A stretch of DNA of 64,000 bases, taken from assembly GCA_036676495.1 (NCBI GenBank), contig JAKFCT010000069.1, forward strand, positions 13,486 to 77,485, given 5' to 3'. Below are positions 1-9,145 of this stretch, piece by piece. This DNA is from Candidatus Sericytochromatia bacterium (GTDB lineage: Bacteria > Cyanobacteriota > Sericytochromatia > S15B-MN24 > UBA4093). The number at the start of each line of letters is the position of its first letter. Position 1 is the stretch's first letter. The translations under genes were made by a program, and so were the position numbers. The notes beneath the pieces were generated by a model. That model was given only the letters and a program-made list of their open reading frames with translations, did no database searches and was not told where the DNA came from.

Positions 1-895
1 CTTGCTGGTTGACCTCGCCGAGGGCAAAGCCGTCGTTCCGGTCATCGATCAAGGCCAGTTCGGCCCAGCCGCGGGAAACGAGCACGCGGTGGCCCTGCGA
101 GCGGATCGCCTCGATGGCGACCCGTGCGAAGTCCTTGGGGGCGCGCATGCTGCCGAAGCCCACGTACACCGGTGGCGCGCCGGCCTGCAGAAACGCTTCC
201 AGCTCGGCTGGAAGAGGGCGTTCATCCGGTAGGATCCAGGCGCCCGTCTGCACGACGTCGATGTCCGCCGACTCCTGCCACGGGGCCAGCGTCGGGTCCG
301 CCGCCAGCAAGGGGCGCTCGGTGAAGGCGTAGGCGTAGACGTTGTCTACCGGTGGAAGGCCTATCGACGTCCGGCGGGTATTGAGCGCCGCCCCGAAAAG
401 CTCGTTCGCCCGCTGGGCATTCAGATCCCAGAGCACCCGGTTGTCGGTCACGTCCGGGGGGAACGATCCACCCGGAAGCGGCGTCGGTGGGAAGTGCGGC
501 GAGGGAAGGAAGATGGGACAGTAGGCCGCCACCATGAAGCGGATGCCGAGCTTTTCGGCCACCGACCGCGCGCTGGCCAGGACCGGCAGCAGGCCGGATG
601 CCACCAGCACATCGCAGCCCTCGGCTGCCCTGGCGACCGTGTCGAAGTACGCGGCCATCAACTCGCTCGCGATCCGAGGCACGTCTGCCGCCGTGGGCGG
701 AGTCGCCCCGTGCACCAGTTTGCGCACCGGCAGGCCTATCGGCACGAGGGGCACTCCGACCTCGGCCACCCGCGCTTCGCAGTCCGGCGGCGCGCATAGC
801 CGCACCTCCGCGCCGAGTTCCCGCAACCGCACCGCGAGCCCCAAAAGCGGTTCGACTCCGCCCCGCGAGTCATACGTCAACAACAAGACACGCAT
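1..895 (-). CDS. rgt: Rifamycin-inactivating-type glycosyltransferase (GT1, Rgt/GtfB-like); runs off the window's left end
   Basis: Not in the ORF track. Manual translation from ATG 895 gives MRVLLLTYDSRGGVEPLLGLAVRLRELGAEVRLCAPPD...PPVYVGFGSM...GEVNQQ, typical of Rgt/Gtf enzymes. An RAE palindrome lies upstream. Confidence 0.85.
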   Translation of the reverse strand, partial: MRVLLLTYDSRGGVEPLLGLAVRLRELGAEVRLCAPPDCEARVAEVGVPLVPIGLPVRKLVHGATPPTAADVPRIASELMAAYFDTVARAAEGCDVLVASGLLPVLASARSVAEKLGIRFMVAAYCPIFLPSPHFPPTPLPGGSFPPDVTDNRVLWDLNAQRANELFGAALNTRRTSIGLPPVDNVYAYAFTERPLLAADPTLAPWQESADIDVVQTGAWILPDERPLPAELEAFLQAGAPPVYVGFGSMRAPKDFARVAIEAIRSQGHRVLVSRGWAELALIDDRNDGFALGEVNQQ

Positions 896-950
896 TTCGC
901 AACTCCCCCTTCGTAGGCTCTGGCAGGCCTGCGATTATGCGGCATGACCC

Positions 951-969
951 GGGGCTTGCCGCAAGCCCC
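951..969. promoter_or_regulatory. RAE (rifamycin-associated element)-like 19-bp palindrome
   Basis: GGGGCTTGCCGCAAGCCCC (minus strand GGGGCTTGCGGCAAGCCCC), about 55 bp upstream of the rgt-like gene. Confidence 0.85.
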
Positions 970-1055
970 CGGGTGGGGTGTAACATGGATACTGGAAGGG
1001 ACGACATCCCCCTCGCCACGACGGCCGGGGACCTTGTCCACCGGATGCCTCTGGC

Positions 1056-1478
1056 CTAGGGAGCCTCCAGCTCGCGGATGACGCGGCACGGGTTCCCGGC
1101 AGCAAGGACATTCGCAGGGATGTCCCGCGTCACGACACAGCCGGCCCCAATGGTCGAGTTGTCGCCAATCGTGACCCCTGGGCTGATGATGGCCCCGCCT
1201 CCGATCCAGACGTTGTTGCCGATGGTGACGGGCTTTGCCCGCTCGGGTCCCTTGATGCGTTCCTCGGCGTCGAGGGGGTGGGTCGCGGCGTAGATAGGCA
1301 CTCCCGGACCGAAAAGCACGTTATCGCCAATCCGGACCGGAGCGCAGTCGAGGATGACGCAATCGAAGTTCATGTAGAGCCCGTCTCCGGCGGAGATGTT
1401 GCGGCCGTACTCGCAACGGAACGGGGGCTCGATCTCGAGTCGGCTCCCGACGCTACCGATGAGCGATCGCCGAGGAAC
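1056..1478 (-). pseudogene. 5'-truncated sugar (maltose-type) O-acetyltransferase
   Basis: [13 protein letters not shown]...[15 protein letters not shown]...GNPCRVIR hexapeptide repeats. An in-frame TAG near 1480 removes the N-terminal ~50 aa. Confidence 0.75.
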
Positions 1479-1629
1479 CTAACATAATTCAAAAATGCTT
1501 GACACGCAGTCAAGCAATCGTACAATTTGGCATGGAGTCGTTCTCCTGTCTAGAGAGCCTTTTGCAGCACTCCAACCTACTAGATGATTGACCTTCATTG
1601 ATTCCTGGCTCGATCGAAAGGAGAGATCC

Positions 1630-2829
1630 TTGCCAACTGCCTTGCGCAGGCCCTTCCTGCTCGCCTGTCTCATCATCTCCGCCTTCCTTCCCCTCCTGGG
1701 CACCCTATTCCGTGGGCACGGCCTGCCGGAGGGGTACGGCCTCTTTCCGCCTCAGCAGGTACCGGGAACTCCGGGTTTCAACGAGTGGTATTTTGCGGCG
1801 GGCTGCGGGCTGGTCGTCGGCATCAGCCTCTTCCTGGTCATTCCGAGGCTCTTCGGCTTCAAGCCGGTCGAACCCGCCCCGCAGCCGAAGCCGGGCCCCT
1901 TCCCGTACTGGTTCGCCCCCGGAGTGGTCGTCATGTTGGTGAGCTGGGGGCTGATGTGGTTCGGCTCTCCCATGGCGGCGCGCTTCACCTTCGTTCCCCT
2001 CTGGTGGGGATTCATCTTCGCCCTCGACGGCTGGGTCTATTCCCGCACCAACGGCGCGTCCATCGTCGCGGGCAGAAAGCATGAGATGCTGATCCTGGCG
2101 GTCGTCTCGGCGGTCGGTTGGCATCTCTTCGAGTATTTGAACTACTTCGTGCTGTCGAACTGGTACTACCCGTACTCCGACCTGCTCACCCCCTTCGGTA
2201 ACCTCGTCTGGTACACCCTCTCCTACACGACGGTCTGGCCGGTTTGCTTCGTGTGGTACTTGCTGCTGGCGAGCTTCCCGGCGCTCAGGCAGCGCTGGAC
2301 CAACGGTCCCAGGTTCGCCCCCTCGAAGTCCTTGCTGGTTGCCACCCTGCTGGGCGGCTTCGTCCTCTTGTTCCTGCTGGGGGTCTTCCCTTCCCCCTTG
2401 TTCTGGGCCCTCTGGGTCGGTCCGCTCGCGATTCTGGGGGCCGCCCTCCACTTGGCGGGCTACTGGACTCCGTTCGCTCCTGCCGCCGAGGGGGACTGGT
2501 CCCGCTTCCTGCTCATGGCGCTGGCGACCTTCTGCAACGGCTTCGTCTGGGAACTCTGGAACTTCGGTAGCCAGGCGTTCCGCAACGTTCCTGCGAACCC
2601 CAACTACTGGATGTACGACGTCCCCTACATGAACGTCATCCACGTCTTCTCGGAGATGCCGCTGCTCGGTTACTTCGGCTACCTGTTCTTCGGCGTCCTG
2701 GTCTGGTTGTTCTGGCTCGCGGTGGCTCACGTCATCGACATCGATCCCGACTTCGCTCACCAGGACGTGGTGGTCGCTTGCAGTTCCCCCGCGGAATCCG
2801 AACGGAATGCGGTCGCGTCGGCTCAGTGA
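1630..2829 (+). CDS. Polytopic membrane protein of unknown function
   Basis: About 10 hydrophobic segments with repeated FEYLN/WELWN..Y motifs; AAGGAG RBS before TTG 1630. Confidence 0.75.
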   Translation: MPTALRRPFLLACLIISAFLPLLGTLFRGHGLPEGYGLFPPQQVPGTPGFNEWYFAAGCGLVVGISLFLVIPRLFGFKPVEPAPQPKPGPFPYWFAPGVVVMLVSWGLMWFGSPMAARFTFVPLWWGFIFALDGWVYSRTNGASIVAGRKHEMLILAVVSAVGWHLFEYLNYFVLSNWYYPYSDLLTPFGNLVWYTLSYTTVWPVCFVWYLLLASFPALRQRWTNGPRFAPSKSLLVATLLGGFVLLFLLGVFPSPLFWALWVGPLAILGAALHLAGYWTPFAPAAEGDWSRFLLMALATFCNGFVWELWNFGSQAFRNVPANPNYWMYDVPYMNVIHVFSEMPLLGYFGYLFFGVLVWLFWLAVAHVIDIDPDFAHQDVVVACSSPAESERNAVASAQ

Positions 2830-2973
2830 CCTGATCGCCTGATTGCCCAAAACCAGCCCTCCCCGTTCTCGAGGACGGGGAGGGCTTGGCTTGGGATTCT
2901 CAACGAGGGCCGGGTGAGGATGCGAGTGCTCATCCCCATCGGGTCGGCCCGACGGTCGACGCGTGATGACGGA

Positions 2974-3840
2974 TCACGCCCGCTGCTGCATGCGCTCAAC
3001 GAGCTGGCGCAATGCGGCCCGCATCTGCTCTGGCGGAAGGTGCAACCAGTTGCCATGGCCGGGCAGGACCCACTCGAAGGTGTAGCCCAAGAGGCTTTCC
3101 ATCGACCGGGTTTGCTCGGCCCACGAATACCAGCAGACCCCGCGGGAGGCTCCGAGCGCCCCGGTGTGCGTGCCCCAAAGGTGGTCTCCGGCAAATAGGA
3201 AGCGATCGCGCACCAGCAAGACCATGCTGCCCCGGGTATGGCCGGGGGTCGGGATCGCGACGTAGCCCGGGGTGATCGCGGTCGCTTCCTGCCCCGAGAG
3301 GACCCGTTCGGCGTCGGGCTGGGCGGCCTGGTCGGCCTGGTGGATGATCCGCTCGCTCCCGAAGCGCTCGGCATAGCGGGCGGCTTCGGCCACGTCGTCC
3401 TGGTGGGTGAGGAAGATCTTGCGGATTCCCCCCATGGCCTCGAAGCGCTGGACGAGGTGGGGAAGGAACTTGGGCGAATCGATGAGCCAGTTGCCGTGCG
3501 GATCGTGGATGAAGTAGCTGTGGCCTCCGTAGGATTTGGGGGAGTTGAAGCCGTTGTAGTAGATCCCTTCGTCCAGGGGCATGGGAAAGTCCCCCATGAC
3601 CTCGCGGGCGGGATGGGGGTGGAGCGTGCCGATGGACCCTGTCGGGCAAGCGAGGAGGGCTTGCATGGCGCTTCGCGCGTCCTCCGGGGGTCCCGGCTGG
3701 GCATAGACGTATGACGCGGTGCTGCCCTCGGCGAACGACTTCGGAGCCAGCAGGCGGCACGTCCCGCAATCGATGCAGGTGGCGTCCACGTAGAATTCCC
3801 CGGTGACATTCTCGGGAAGGCGTTGCTTGAGGGTCGCCAT
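2974..3840 (-). CDS. Ferredoxin-fused MBL-fold metallo-hydrolase
   Basis: CIDCGTC...CPTGSI, then THQDD, PGHT, GDHL, PGHG. Confidence 0.9.
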   Translation of the reverse strand: MATLKQRLPENVTGEFYVDATCIDCGTCRLLAPKSFAEGSTASYVYAQPGPPEDARSAMQALLACPTGSIGTLHPHPAREVMGDFPMPLDEGIYYNGFNSPKSYGGHSYFIHDPHGNWLIDSPKFLPHLVQRFEAMGGIRKIFLTHQDDVAEAARYAERFGSERIIHQADQAAQPDAERVLSGQEATAITPGYVAIPTPGHTRGSMVLLVRDRFLFAGDHLWGTHTGALGASRGVCWYSWAEQTRSMESLLGYTFEWVLPGHGNWLHLPPEQMRAALRQLVERMQQRA

Positions 3841-4027
3841 GGGTCACCCCTTTCATGCGCTGGCAACCCCGAGTCTACCAGCGTGGGTGCCGACATGCAT
3901 GGAGGCGGCCGCGAGGGCTTCCCGCTTGCGCGGAGCCGCAGCCGGCATGGGCCTTGTCCGGGACATGGCGCGCACGTTACAATCGAGGGTTCCCCGACTG
4001 TTGGGAGGCTCACGGGCTCGGCGTAGG

Positions 4028-4657
4028 ATGGAAAAAATCGATTTCAAGAAGACGCTCAAGGCGCTCTATGATGCCCCGACCGATCGGTTCGTGCTCATCG
4101 ACGTTCCGAGGATGCGATTCGTCAAGGTGGACGGCCACGGGGATCCCAATGCCGCTCCTGCCTACCATCAGGCGGTCGAGTGGTTGTATTCCGTCAGCTA
4201 CGCCATGAAGTTCGCGGCCAAGGCGTCGACGAATCGGGACTATGTGGTGCCTCCACTCGAGGGGCTATGGTGGGCGGAAGATCCGTCCGACTTCGTCGCG
4301 CGCCGCAAGGAGCGCTGGAACTGGACCATGATGATCATGGCGCCGGATTTCGTCGCCCATGACCTGTTCGAGGCGGCCGTCGCCAAGACCACGAAGAAAC
4401 GCGGATTGCCGCCCGAAAGCCTACGCCTGGAAGCCTACGACGAAGGGCCGTCGCTCCAGATCTTGCACATCGGCAGCTACGATGACGAGGGGCCGATCCT
4501 CGCAAGGCTTCACGACGACGAGATGCCCTCGCGGGGTCTGACTTTCGGAGGTCCGCATCATGAGATCTACCTGAGTGATCCACGCAAAGTGGCTCCAAAC
4601 AAGCTCAAGACCCTCTTGCGCCAGCCGGTGGCTCACGTCGACCGTGCTGAATCGTGA
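4028..4657 (+). CDS. GyrI-like small-molecule-binding domain protein
   Basis: MEKIDFKK...DYVVPPLEGLWW...HIGSYDDE...HHEIYLSDPR. Confidence 0.85.
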   Translation: MEKIDFKKTLKALYDAPTDRFVLIDVPRMRFVKVDGHGDPNAAPAYHQAVEWLYSVSYAMKFAAKASTNRDYVVPPLEGLWWAEDPSDFVARRKERWNWTMMIMAPDFVAHDLFEAAVAKTTKKRGLPPESLRLEAYDEGPSLQILHIGSYDDEGPILARLHDDEMPSRGLTFGGPHHEIYLSDPRKVAPNKLKTLLRQPVAHVDRAES

Positions 4658-4882
4658 CGCGCGAAGCCGCAGGCGCTAGGGAGCCTTTCGCATACGATGC
4701 GGCGCCTCGCCCCTTTGTCCGCTTGGGGCATCCCGCGTATTCTTGGGCTATTTCATGCGCTCGTTATGGAGCGGCCACTGCCTCCCGCTATCCGAAGGGC
4801 GGCTAATGCGAGTCAAGCGGCATCAGCGGGGACCGAGCAAGTCCGTTGTACGTCGAGCAAACGCTCACACCAGGCGAGTAAG

Positions 4883-5536
4883 CTAGTCGTAACATGACCA
4901 GAGGTCTTTTATTCGCCCGTCATCCTTGACCTCGATCCAGCCCTCGGAGTCCTTCGCGCCTCGTACATAGACCCACCACTGGTAGACAGGTTGCTTGGGT
5001 GACCCGGGCGCGATCTTGCCGAGCGGTCTTGGTATCTGATTCAGCATCGGATCGGGATCCCACTCGGCATAGGACGCCTGACCATCGTCTGCAACTTCGA
5101 GGCAGACCGACCGCAAGATTTTGCCCTTGTGCCAGATAAGGGGACTTTCTTGGCCTTGATCGTGTAGGACGTAGACGTGATCTCCGGGCTTTACGCGAAG
5201 CGACGGACCCGCTTTCTCGCCCCAGTTATACAAATCCATTGGGCGGCTGACAACGACGTCAACCGGCTTCAGAACGAGAATTCGACCCTTGAGGGTCCGG
5301 AACGTCGCGCCTTTCGGAAGGGTTGTGAGAACCTTTGCACTCCGATTGGGCTGGCTGAAAAGCGGTATGGGCGCGCCAGCCTCCCATGTCTCGTTGTAAC
5401 CCATGCACCCGAAGGGTTGGAAAGTACCATCCGTTGCGAAGGGGACCCGGAGCACATCCGGACCGGCAATGGCCGGCGGACACGCAGTTACTGCTGCCAA
5501 GCCCCATACCGAGAGTCCAATGAGCACGTTCTTCAT
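4883..5536 (-). CDS. Secreted hypothetical protein (SH3-like segments)
   Basis: Signal peptide and WWVYVR..GWI motif; TATAAT 6 nt before the ATG suggests a leaderless mRNA. Confidence 0.65.
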   Translation of the reverse strand: MKNVLIGLSVWGLAAVTACPPAIAGPDVLRVPFATDGTFQPFGCMGYNETWEAGAPIPLFSQPNRSAKVLTTLPKGATFRTLKGRILVLKPVDVVVSRPMDLYNWGEKAGPSLRVKPGDHVYVLHDQGQESPLIWHKGKILRSVCLEVADDGQASYAEWDPDPMLNQIPRPLGKIAPGSPKQPVYQWWVYVRGAKDSEGWIEVKDDGRIKDLWSCYD

Positions 5537-5678
5537 GTGGACATTATACCCAACAGACCTTTGTCGGCCTTTCCATTCCCCGAGCAGCCTCTTCTCCAGC
5601 TCGGTGACTCTTGCGCGGGAGTGCCCTCCGGAAATGCGGTGAGCCGTTCGCGGTAAGTACGGGCCTCAGAGAACGGAG

Positions 5679-5835
5679 AAAAAGAAAGCGCGCCAGCCGT
5701 TAGGAGCCCTGCTGGCGCTCGACTCGATACCCTCCTTGCGGAGGTTCAGGTCGGAGTGGCGGGAGGGGTACTCGGATAGAGGCACCCCAGCCCGCAAAGG
5801 TCCAAGATCGGGTCTGCGAACGGCTCCTGAACTAG
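5679..5835. repeat. Junction 1: terminator-like hairpin + tRNA-Pro 3'-end copy (att-like) + cryptic 28-codon tail
   Basis: gcgccagccgttaggagccctgctggcgc hairpin; ccttgcggagg hairpin; GGTCGGAGTGGCGGGA at 5749 matches the tRNA end at 22762. Confidence 0.8.
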
Positions 5836-5838
5836 CAG

Positions 5839-7323
5839 TCAGGGGCTAGTGACTTCGATATGGAAGCCGTCCCCCTCCCGTCGCAGAACTGCTTGTTGCG
5901 CGCGCAGCTTGAAGCCGGGCTGTTCGACCTCGAGGCTTCCTGAGGCGACCGAGGAGCCTGCGAGAAGCGGTTTTCCATTAACCCGGATCGCGCTCGGCTC
6001 CAGATTTCGGTATAGCTCGACCGTCAGTACCTTGGGCATGGTGTGTCGGATTGCGATGACGTTCTCCATCGTCAGCACCGGTTGTTTTGTCTTGGCGTGG
6101 GTGAACGCGAGAAGTTTACCTCGGGTGAGCCGGCGACCATCCGCGATGTCCCACGACTCGACCCATGAGCCGCCCATCGAGACGAGGTGCGAGGGCAGCT
6201 TCAGCGACAGCCGCGTTGCTCCCTGGCTGCGGAACTCCGTCATGACGTGCTCAATCTCACGGGACTCGGCTGCGGCCTGGGCTTGAAACTGAGCCTTGTG
6301 GCGCGACAGCTCTGCGTCGATGTTGTAGCGCTTCCCGAGTTGCTGGATGATTTCTTCGGGGCGCTGTTGCGGGCTCACGGCCTCCGCGAGAAGCCCATCC
6401 AGGGAGTCGACGTAATCCGAGAAGCGGCCTTTCCATTCTGGCATCAAGCGGTCCAAGAGATGGCAGATGGCCGCGCCCATGACGTAATACCGCGAGCGAT
6501 CCGGATCCTGCTGCTTCTCTAGCGCCGCTTTCAGCCTGGACGTCGTATAGGCGATGTGATTGGAGGCCCCCTTGGGATGGCTGCGCTCGAAGAACTTGTC
6601 CGTCAGGTACTGGGCCGTGCCTTCCGTTACCATCATGCCTTGCCGGTAATCCGCGTAATTCTTCGGGATCATGCTGTCGTGCTTCTGGCGTACCGCCAAG
6701 TAGAGCATGGCCCCGGTCTTGAGCGAGTTCGGGGTGCTTTCCCCGATGAGGCGTGCGAGAAGTGAGGCTTCGAGTTGCGTATAGGCGAAGTCTTCGGCGT
6801 CGAGAAGGCGCTCGTCGCCCTTTGCCATGCGGTGCATGAAATTTTCTTGGGCGGTGAAGTGAAAGGTTTCGTGGAACAGCGTCAGAAACTCGTGGATCGG
6901 ATCCAGGGTCTCAGCCGTCTTCGCTTGCGCCAATTGCTTGACGATGAAGACGCGTTCGCCGTCGACATGCTTTTCATCCCAGGCGTTATCCGTTGCGAGC
7001 CCGAGTCGTCTCACGGTTTCGCCTTCAAGGCGCTTGACGCTAGGCAACGATGGAAGCGGCCGCCCGTCTAGCCTTTTGGACGTGCTCGTCGGGGGAGCGT
7101 TCAACAAGTAGTAGGTGTCACCAGTCCCGTAAACCAGCGGGTAGCTGGTGAGATCGTAGCCAGGCCAGACGGGGCCTTCTTTCGCGCTGTTTAGGTAGCC
7201 GACGAGACGCGTCAGGACCACCTCATCGTGACTTGGCGCCGGTTTCGCCGCCGCCTGGATCGGTTGGGGCAGCATCGCAAGTAAGAGAAAGAGAGAGATG
7301 GCGAGTCGCTTCTTGATGCGCAT
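5839..7323 (-). CDS. Secreted putative zinc metalloprotease (gluzincin-like)
   Basis: Signal peptide; HETFH followed by EGTAQY. Confidence 0.65.
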   Translation of the reverse strand: MRIKKRLAISLFLLLAMLPQPIQAAAKPAPSHDEVVLTRLVGYLNSAKEGPVWPGYDLTSYPLVYGTGDTYYLLNAPPTSTSKRLDGRPLPSLPSVKRLEGETVRRLGLATDNAWDEKHVDGERVFIVKQLAQAKTAETLDPIHEFLTLFHETFHFTAQENFMHRMAKGDERLLDAEDFAYTQLEASLLARLIGESTPNSLKTGAMLYLAVRQKHDSMIPKNYADYRQGMMVTEGTAQYLTDKFFERSHPKGASNHIAYTTSRLKAALEKQQDPDRSRYYVMGAAICHLLDRLMPEWKGRFSDYVDSLDGLLAEAVSPQQRPEEIIQQLGKRYNIDAELSRHKAQFQAQAAAESREIEHVMTEFRSQGATRLSLKLPSHLVSMGGSWVESWDIADGRRLTRGKLLAFTHAKTKQPVLTMENVIAIRHTMPKVLTVELYRNLEPSAIRVNGKPLLAGSSVASGSLEVEQPGFKLRAQQAVLRREGDGFHIEVTSP

Positions 7324-7410
7324 CGTGGCCTCCGTGCTCGGTAGGTGGCTCTAGCAACATACCCGATCGCGACAAAAGAAAGGGTGCCAGCAAGCGATCG
7401 ACAGGGTTCC

Positions 7411-7565
7411 TTGACAGCGAAACGGGACATGTGGCAGGATGCGTACGGTCCATCCCGAGGAGGTCCCGACCGCGATGTAATTCCTGACATACGGCCATAT
7501 CCCCAGAATGCAGGCGCGCCGCAAGACGGTCGCAGCCGACGTGCAATGCGAGGACCCGTATGTCA
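7411..7565 (+). promoter_or_regulatory. Promoter and attenuator-like leader of the ABC-F gene, with a start-stop uORF
   Basis: TTGACA-18-CAGGAT; GAGGAGGT (7457-7464) then ATGTAA (7475-7480); 7485-7494 is complementary to 7556-7565. Confidence 0.65.
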
Positions 7566-9059
7566 CTTCTTTCCGCGAGCCGGGCGACGTTCCGGCATCC
7601 GGCCATGCCGGACGATCTCTTCTCGGACGTCACCTTCCACATTTCGCCTGGCGATCGGATCGCCCTCGTCGGCCCCAACGGGGCCGGCAAAACGACGCTT
7701 CTCAAGCTCATGACCGGTGCGCTCATGCTCACCGAGGGGGCCATCGTACGGCGGCGCGGCCTGCTCGTCGCGACGATGGACCAGGTTTCCGAAGCGCCTT
7801 CCGATCGATCTCTCTTGGCCCATGTCGCGGCAGCCGAGCCTGATGGCGCCGAATGGCGCGCCGTGATGGTGCTCGAGGGCCTGGGGCTGCCGGCCTCAAT
7901 CCACGACGCGCCATGGGGCACGCTCTCCGCGGGACAGCGCTCGCGCGCCATGCTCGCGGCGCTGCTCGTCGCCCCGGCGGATCTGCTCTTGCTCGACGAG
8001 CCGACCAACCATCTCGACGCGGAGGGGCGCGACTGGCTCGAAGCATGGCTGCCCCAGCAGGACGCCGCCATCGTGCTCATCTCCCATGACCGGGCGTTCA
8101 TCGAAGCCTCCGCCTCACGGATCTTCGAGCTGCGTCGCGGCAAGCTCACCGTTCACGAGGGTGATTACGCCTATTTCCGTGAAGCCAAGGCCCTAGCCGA
8201 TCGCCAGGCATGGGCTGCCTTCGAGGGGCAGCAGCGCCGCCAATCGGCGGCCACCCGGGCCGCGGCGAAACGCACGGCTCTTGCTCAGGATGTCGCGAAG
8301 GCCCCGAAAGGCCCAGGCCTTGGCGATAAGTCCTTTTACAAGGCCAAGGCTGCGAAGGTGGAAAAGACGGCAAAGATCATCCAGGCACGGGCCGAACGAG
8401 TCCCCGAGGCTCCGAAGCCGATCCTCGACGACGACATTCCCGTCCTGGATTGGGGGTTCGTGCGTCGATCGGGCGAACTGCCACTTGCGGTCAGGGGGCT
8501 CGCAAAAGCCTACGGCGATCACGGCCTCTTCGAGGGGCTCAGCTTCGACCTCGGGCGCGGCGAGCGGCTGGCCGTCCTCGGACAGAACGGAGCAGGCAAG
8601 ACTACCCTGATCCGAATTCTGCTCGGCCTCGAGACCCCGGACGCCGGGGAGATCGTCTGGGGGCATGGCGCTCAGCCCGGCTGGTTCGGGCAAGAGGCAG
8701 AGCAGCTCGACCCGGAGCTTTCGGCGCTCTCTAACCTGCTCACGGTGCGCCCAGACCAGGCCCGGGCCAGACTTCTGCTCGCTTGTCTAAGATTACGCGG
8801 GGACCGGGCATTTCAGCCGGTAGGTACCATGAGCGCGGGGGAACGCGCCAAGGTCGCACTCGCCAGGCTCTTGCTCAGCGGCGCCAACGTGCTCCTGCTC
8901 GACGAGCCCACCAACCATCTCGATCTCGATACCCGTGAGGCCATTGAAGCGACCCTCGCGACGTATCCCGGTGCGATCGTGCTCGTGAGCCATGACCGAC
9001 GCTTCATCGAGGCGATCGCCACGAGGACCCTCACACTGGGGTCTCCTGAGAGGGGGTAA
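7560..9059 (+). CDS. ABC-F ATPase, probably ribosome-protection (ARE) type
   Basis: Two ABC domains (GPNGAGKT and GQNGAGKT; LLDEPTNHLD twice), no TM segments, extended basic interdomain linker. Confidence 0.9.
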   Translation: MSLLSASRATFRHPAMPDDLFSDVTFHISPGDRIALVGPNGAGKTTLLKLMTGALMLTEGAIVRRRGLLVATMDQVSEAPSDRSLLAHVAAAEPDGAEWRAVMVLEGLGLPASIHDAPWGTLSAGQRSRAMLAALLVAPADLLLLDEPTNHLDAEGRDWLEAWLPQQDAAIVLISHDRAFIEASASRIFELRRGKLTVHEGDYAYFREAKALADRQAWAAFEGQQRRQSAATRAAAKRTALAQDVAKAPKGPGLGDKSFYKAKAAKVEKTAKIIQARAERVPEAPKPILDDDIPVLDWGFVRRSGELPLAVRGLAKAYGDHGLFEGLSFDLGRGERLAVLGQNGAGKTTLIRILLGLETPDAGEIVWGHGAQPGWFGQEAEQLDPELSALSNLLTVRPDQARARLLLACLRLRGDRAFQPVGTMSAGERAKVALARLLLSGANVLLLDEPTNHLDLDTREAIEATLATYPGAIVLVSHDRRFIEAIATRTLTLGSPERG

Positions 9060-9145
9060 CAGGGTCTGCCTGCTTCAGCGAATGAGCTCAGCCTACGCCC
9101 GGAACCGCTCATCGCGCGGGCAGCCAACGCTTGAGCTTCGTCCGC

